Of a DNA stretch of 64,000 nucleotides, positions 59,709 to 64,000 are shown piece by piece. The stretch comes from a bacterium (GTDB lineage: Bacteria; Patescibacteriota; CPR2; UBA1875; JAJYID01). The notes beneath the pieces are model-generated. The model searched no databases, was not told where the DNA came from, and was given only the letters and a program-made list of their open reading frames with translations. Position 1 is the first letter of the stretch, and each line of letters opens with the position of its first letter. The position numbers were made by a program, and so were the translations under genes. The DNA lies in assembly GCA_030647205.1 (NCBI GenBank), contig JAUSJO010000005.1, positions 74,523 through 138,522 of the forward strand. The letters are read 5' to 3'.

Positions 59709-60005
59709 ATGGCAGAAAAAATATCAAAAGAAGAGGTTGAATATTTGGCGAAGCTGGCGAGAGTCGGTTTGACGGATGCTGAGATTACAAAATACCGGAA
59801 AGATCTGGCGGATATTTTGGGCTATGTAGAAAAGCTGAATGAAGTAAATACTGACAATGTGGAGCCGATGGCACAAGGGATTAAAGCGAAGAACGTCACA
59901 CGAGAGGACCGAATCGAGATACTGGAAGGTACGCCGGCAGAGCTTCTCTCTGAAGCGCCATCAAAAGAAGATGGATTTATTAAAGTAAAGTCGATATTTG
60001 AATAG
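59709..60005 (+). CDS. gatC: Asp/Glu-tRNA amidotransferase subunit C
   Basis: LAKLARV, ILGYVEKLNEVNT, NVTRED. Confidence 0.93.
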   Translation: MAEKISKEEVEYLAKLARVGLTDAEITKYRKDLADILGYVEKLNEVNTDNVEPMAQGIKAKNVTREDRIEILEGTPAELLSEAPSKEDGFIKVKSIFE

Positions 60006-60006
60006 C

Positions 60007-60064
60007 TGTCATCCTGAGGAGGCACGACGAAGGATCTCGAGATTCTTCCTGCGTCAGAATGACG
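60007..60064. repeat. REP-like inverted doublet (locus I)
   Basis: TGTCATCCTGAGG..GAAGGATCT-cg-AGATTCTTCCTGCGTCAGAATGACG. Confidence 0.8.
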
Positions 60065-60084
60065 GAATACAAACAAAATAAGAA

Positions 60085-61509
60085 ATGGAATTTATAAACA
60101 AAACAATTAAAGAGTTAAGTAAAAAAGACAAAAGGGAAGTTCTTTCTGATTGTTTTAGCAGAATCAAGGAAGTTGAGCCGAAACTTCATGCTTTTGTGAC
60201 TGTTTTAAGCGGTCTGGAAGAGGTAGATAGAAAAGACAATCCGAAAAGTATATTGAATGGGATTCCTGTGGGGATAAAAGATGTTCTTTGCACGAGGAAT
60301 TTACGGACAACTGCTAGTGCAAAAATGCTCGATGGATTTACCCCGCCATATAACGCAACTGTTGTTAAAAAGCTAAAAGATGCAGGAGCGATAATAGTCG
60401 GCAAAAACAACTGTGATGCTTGGGCGCATGGAGCTTCAACAGAGAACTCTGACTATGGGGTTACGCCAAATCCTTGGGATTTGGAGCGTGTTTCCGGCGG
60501 ATCTTCCGGAGGTTCGGCAGCAGCTGTGGCAGCGGGTGAAGTACCTTACTCTATAGGTACAGATACAGGCGGGTCTATCCGCCAGCCGGCAAGTTTCTGT
60601 GGCGTGGTAGGATTAAAACCGACTTATGGACGAGTTTCTCGTTATGGACTTATAGCCATGGCGTCATCACTGGATTGCCCGGGACCGATAACGCATACAG
60701 TAGAAGACGCGGCCATTGTTCTAAATGTCATTGCAGGGAAAGATGAAAAAGATGCTACGACATCTGATTCACAGGTTCTTGATTACACTAAAGATTTAAA
60801 TAAAGATATCAAAGGTTTAAAGATTGGCGTTCCAAAAGAGTATTTTGGCTTAGGGTTGTTTGATGAGGTTGGTGAAGTATTTAAAAAATCCTTGGAAACT
60901 TTTGAGAAAATGGGTGCAGAGGTCGTCAATATAACGTTACCTCATACGGAATATGGCGTGGCGACTTATTATATTATTCAAACGGCAGAAGTATCATCAA
61001 ACTTAGGAAGATATGATGGGGTGAAATATGGATTTTCGGCTAAAGATTCAAAGGATTTAATCGATTCATATTTCAAGACGCGTGACGAAGGTTTTGGTGA
61101 TGAAGCGAAGAGAAGAATCATGCTTGGAACATACGTACTTTCAAGCGGATATTATGATGCGTACTACTTGAAAGCAGCGAAAGTTCGCAGATTGATTCAT
61201 GATGACTTTGTGAAGGCATTTGAAAAAGTAGACATTATTCTTACTCCAACCGCGCCGACTCCGGCTTTTAAAATCGGCGAGAAGGCAGATCCGGTTTCTA
61301 TGTATATGGCAGATGTCTTTACGGCTCCGGTGAGCTTGGCGGGACTTCCGGCGATATCAGTTCCGGCCGGATTTTCTGCTGATAAGCTGCCTGTTGGAAT
61401 CCAGATAGTCGGTCCGCATTTTGAAGAAAACAAAATATTGAACGTAGCACACATGTTTGAAAAAGAAGCGGCAAATGCAGATTGGCGTAAAAATAAGGTG
61501 GCAGTGTAA
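60085..61509 (+). CDS. gatA: Asp/Glu-tRNA amidotransferase subunit A
   Basis: GGSSGGSAA, GTDTGGSIRQPA, RRIMLGT. Confidence 0.97.
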   Translation: MEFINKTIKELSKKDKREVLSDCFSRIKEVEPKLHAFVTVLSGLEEVDRKDNPKSILNGIPVGIKDVLCTRNLRTTASAKMLDGFTPPYNATVVKKLKDAGAIIVGKNNCDAWAHGASTENSDYGVTPNPWDLERVSGGSSGGSAAAVAAGEVPYSIGTDTGGSIRQPASFCGVVGLKPTYGRVSRYGLIAMASSLDCPGPITHTVEDAAIVLNVIAGKDEKDATTSDSQVLDYTKDLNKDIKGLKIGVPKEYFGLGLFDEVGEVFKKSLETFEKMGAEVVNITLPHTEYGVATYYIIQTAEVSSNLGRYDGVKYGFSAKDSKDLIDSYFKTRDEGFGDEAKRRIMLGTYVLSSGYYDAYYLKAAKVRRLIHDDFVKAFEKVDIILTPTAPTPAFKIGEKADPVSMYMADVFTAPVSLAGLPAISVPAGFSADKLPVGIQIVGPHFEENKILNVAHMFEKEAANADWRKNKVAV

Positions 61510-61943
61510 TGAAAATGTTGGATAGTAAATCCATGGTAAATGGACTCTTGAATTTTTTTCTGATTACCCTTTTAACTCCATTATCCGGACTTTTAATTTT
61601 GTTCTTTGGCATTATCCTGAAGCCATTTTTCCCGATGACAGATGCCATAAACTGGTATGCTGTCATGATCCCTTACAGCCTGAGCCTAACAGTAATCATT
61701 TTCATTATTAGATTTATCATCCAGAAAAGAGTAAAGGATAAACTGGTCGCGACTTGGACATTATTGCCCGTAGCTACTGTAGCATTGTGTTCATACTTAG
61801 CTTGGTTTGTTCTGTCGTCACGAGATGACATGTCGGCGGTATTGCCGGCATCTTCTGCTTTCTTGATGACTGTTTATATGGTTACGATTTTTGTCTTTAC
61901 CGGGAAGTTTTTTATTAAAACTAAAAATACGAAGAAGGCCTAA
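61509..61943 (+). CDS. 4-TM membrane protein
   Basis: Hydrophobic, translationally coupled to neighbours. Confidence 0.65.
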   Translation: MKMLDSKSMVNGLLNFFLITLLTPLSGLLILFFGIILKPFFPMTDAINWYAVMIPYSLSLTVIIFIIRFIIQKRVKDKLVATWTLLPVATVALCSYLAWFVLSSRDDMSAVLPASSAFLMTVYMVTIFVFTGKFFIKTKNTKKA

Positions 61944-62693
61944 ATGGGAAAAAATCAAAAAATAAAGTTAGAGAGAAAGCTTGGACAGATTAAAAGGGAA
62001 AAGCAGAAGAAAGAAAGGCGAAAAAACTTTTTGAAAACTTTTTTCGTGGGATTTGCAGTGATTATGTTGGGATTAGTAGGGGCTTATGGGTACAAGGAGT
62101 TTGTACTAAAGAAAGGTGATCGAAATCAGGCGAATAAATCTAATGAAATAAAAAAGGAGAACAGCGTGAAAAAATATGACAAATATCCGGATATGGTGAT
62201 AGATGCAAACAAAAAGTATACTGCACTTCTCAAAACAAGTAAGGGTGACATTACGGTAGAGCTTGACGCAAAGAATTCTCCCAAAACCGTAAACAACTTT
62301 GTTTTTCTCTCTAAAAAAGGTTTCTATGACGGGTTAACGTTCCATAGAGTTATCAAAGATTTCATGATACAGAGCGGCGATCCGAATGGAAATGGCACAG
62401 GTGATCCGGGGTATAAGTTTGACGATGAACCAATTGTGAAAGACTATCTGCCTGGGACTTTGGCGATGGCGAACTCCGGGAAAAACACAAATGGGTCGCA
62501 ATTCTTCATAATGACCGCTGACTACTCAGGAGGCAAGCTGCCAAAAAACTATGTAATCTTTGGCAATGTGATTACGGGTATGGATACGGTAAAGAAGATT
62601 GCAGAGACACCGGTAGAGCAAAGTAGCGGAGGGGAATCGTCCAAACCAAAAGAGAAAGTCACCATAGAAACAATTACAATCGAGGAGAAATAA
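61944..62693 (+). CDS. membrane-anchored cyclophilin-type PPIase
   Basis: FHRVIKDFMIQSGDP, MANSG..NGSQFFI. Confidence 0.93.
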   Translation: MGKNQKIKLERKLGQIKREKQKKERRKNFLKTFFVGFAVIMLGLVGAYGYKEFVLKKGDRNQANKSNEIKKENSVKKYDKYPDMVIDANKKYTALLKTSKGDITVELDAKNSPKTVNNFVFLSKKGFYDGLTFHRVIKDFMIQSGDPNGNGTGDPGYKFDDEPIVKDYLPGTLAMANSGKNTNGSQFFIMTADYSGGKLPKNYVIFGNVITGMDTVKKIAETPVEQSSGGESSKPKEKVTIETITIEEK

Positions 62694-63148
62694 TGGATAC
62701 AACATTTCTGTACTTAACATTCTGGGCGGCTATTTTCGGAGTTGTTTTCGCAATCCTTATAAGAAAAGGATGGATACTCGGTGGTGTGAAAAAGAAAACC
62801 GGTGCAAGGGGATCTTTGGATTTAAACTTTGTTAGTAGCAAATGGCAGGAGATAGAGCAGCTTATAGGTCAGGGCAAGCCCAGCACATATAAAGTAGCGA
62901 TTATGGAAGCTGATAAACTAGTGGATTACGTTTTAAAGGCGAAGGTTGGCAGTGACGGGACTATGGCGGATCGTATGAAGAAGGCGCAGAAATTTTTCTC
63001 AAGTTATAGTGATTATCAAAATCTATGGAGTGCCCATAAAACCCGAAATATGATTGCTCATGAGGCAACCCATGATCTTCTTTTCCCTGAAGTTAAAAGA
63101 ACAATGACCTATTTTGAGAAATCTCTGAGAGATTTAAAAGCGTTATAA
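62693..63148 (+). CDS. membrane-anchored hypothetical protein (HEPN-like RxxxxH)
   Basis: AIMEADKL, RNMIAHE. Confidence 0.65.
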   Translation: MDTTFLYLTFWAAIFGVVFAILIRKGWILGGVKKKTGARGSLDLNFVSSKWQEIEQLIGQGKPSTYKVAIMEADKLVDYVLKAKVGSDGTMADRMKKAQKFFSSYSDYQNLWSAHKTRNMIAHEATHDLLFPEVKRTMTYFEKSLRDLKAL

Positions 63149-63218
63149 CTTATTTATCTAAAAAATAATTGTCATTATTCATAATGTTTTTACGCCTTTA
63201 TTCCTATATCCTTTTGGT

Positions 63219-63689
63219 ATGGAAAAGTTGCCAAAAGATATCGCCGCAAAGTTAGATCACGCTCTTGAATTCGATGAGCACATTCTTGATTTTCGTAAAG
63301 AGCCCTGGAGCTTATATAAAAGAAATAGGTGGGTTGTTTTAACAAGTAAGAGAATTTATCTTATCAAAAAAGTCTTTTTTGGCATGAGTTTTGATATTAT
63401 CCAGATTTTGCTGGGTCAGGGTCACTTTGAACTGGTTGAGGGGATTGTCTTTGACACGATATTTATAAGAGTTTCCAGTGAGCCTGAACATATAATCCAG
63501 TTTTTCCCATCAGAAAGAAAAAAAACGGTGGATTTTTTTGAGAAAATTGAAAAAGCAAGAGAGGGTGACCCGGAAGCAACGGTGGTTACTCAGGCAGAGT
63601 TAGAGGCATTAGCTCAGATTTTTTATGAAAAATTGATTACAAAAAAAGAATATGAGAAAAAGAAGAAAGAGCTCCTCGATAAGTTATAA
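63219..63689 (+). CDS. bacterial PH-like + SHOCT protein
   Basis: VVLTSKRI; LITKKEYEKKKKELL. Confidence 0.7.
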   Translation: MEKLPKDIAAKLDHALEFDEHILDFRKEPWSLYKRNRWVVLTSKRIYLIKKVFFGMSFDIIQILLGQGHFELVEGIVFDTIFIRVSSEPEHIIQFFPSERKKTVDFFEKIEKAREGDPEATVVTQAELEALAQIFYEKLITKKEYEKKKKELLDKL

Positions 63690-63780
63690 CTTCTAAATAA
63701 TAATGCTTCATTTTGTCAAATATTCTAATGTTTTTGTACCATCCTGAGTCCATAATCTTATTAAGAAAAGGGGGTGGATT

Positions 63781-64000
63781 ATGAACATTAAATTACCAAA
63801 AGTAGTGCAGGCGCACTTGGACGATGTTTTAGAAGAGGGTGAAAAAGTGGTCGATATTGTCAAGGAGCCATGGAGCTACGCAAAGTGGCATCGTTGGACG
63901 GTGCTGACAGATAGAAGGATCGTAGTGCTTGTTAGGTGGCCTCTCGGGATATCTCATGATGTTTGGCCGATGTATTTAGGTGCGCTGAGTGTGGATATGA
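63781..64000 (+). CDS. paralog of the upstream PH-like protein (partial)
   Basis: MNIKLPK..LD..KEPWS..RWTVLTDRRI, open to the window end. Confidence 0.7.
   Translation, partial: MNIKLPKVVQAHLDDVLEEGEKVVDIVKEPWSYAKWHRWTVLTDRRIVVLVRWPLGISHDVWPMYLGALSVDM

Overview
This is a bacterial chromosomal segment using code 11, with nearly all core genes on the + strand. A Patescibacteria/CPR-like origin is inferred from the hinge-less SMC, NUDIX-inserted LeuRS, stand-alone PaaX/Cas2-like gene and many ORFans. Housekeeping genes include mltG (3' end), obgE, prmC, rpiB, leuS, yceD-rpmF-nusB-rnc-smc, rpsP-khpA-trmD, uvrB, nrdR, uvrA, uvrC, yvcK, secG, lemA-htpX, ligA, gatCA, a cyclophilin and 7 tRNAs. They are interleaved with ORFan islets and composite palindromic repeats. 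The main finding is an 11-kb variable island between uvrA and uvrC with no integrase. It holds (i) an orphan PaaX-wHTH/Cas2-like gene bracketed by three hairpins that share an 18-nt core but have covarying or replaced stems, inside a 2.8-kb segment flanked by 25-bp direct repeats, and (ii) a same-orientation 15-bp motif (AGAACATYYYYGTGR) at successive junctions between small genes, resembling a cassette array. Also found: a candidate ~300-nt structured ncRNA beside the tRNA cluster, REP-like palindromes read in frame inside prmC and smc, a duplicated covarying 5' leader, and three displaced gene 3'-end remnants. All assignments come from reading the sequence by eye; no searches were run.
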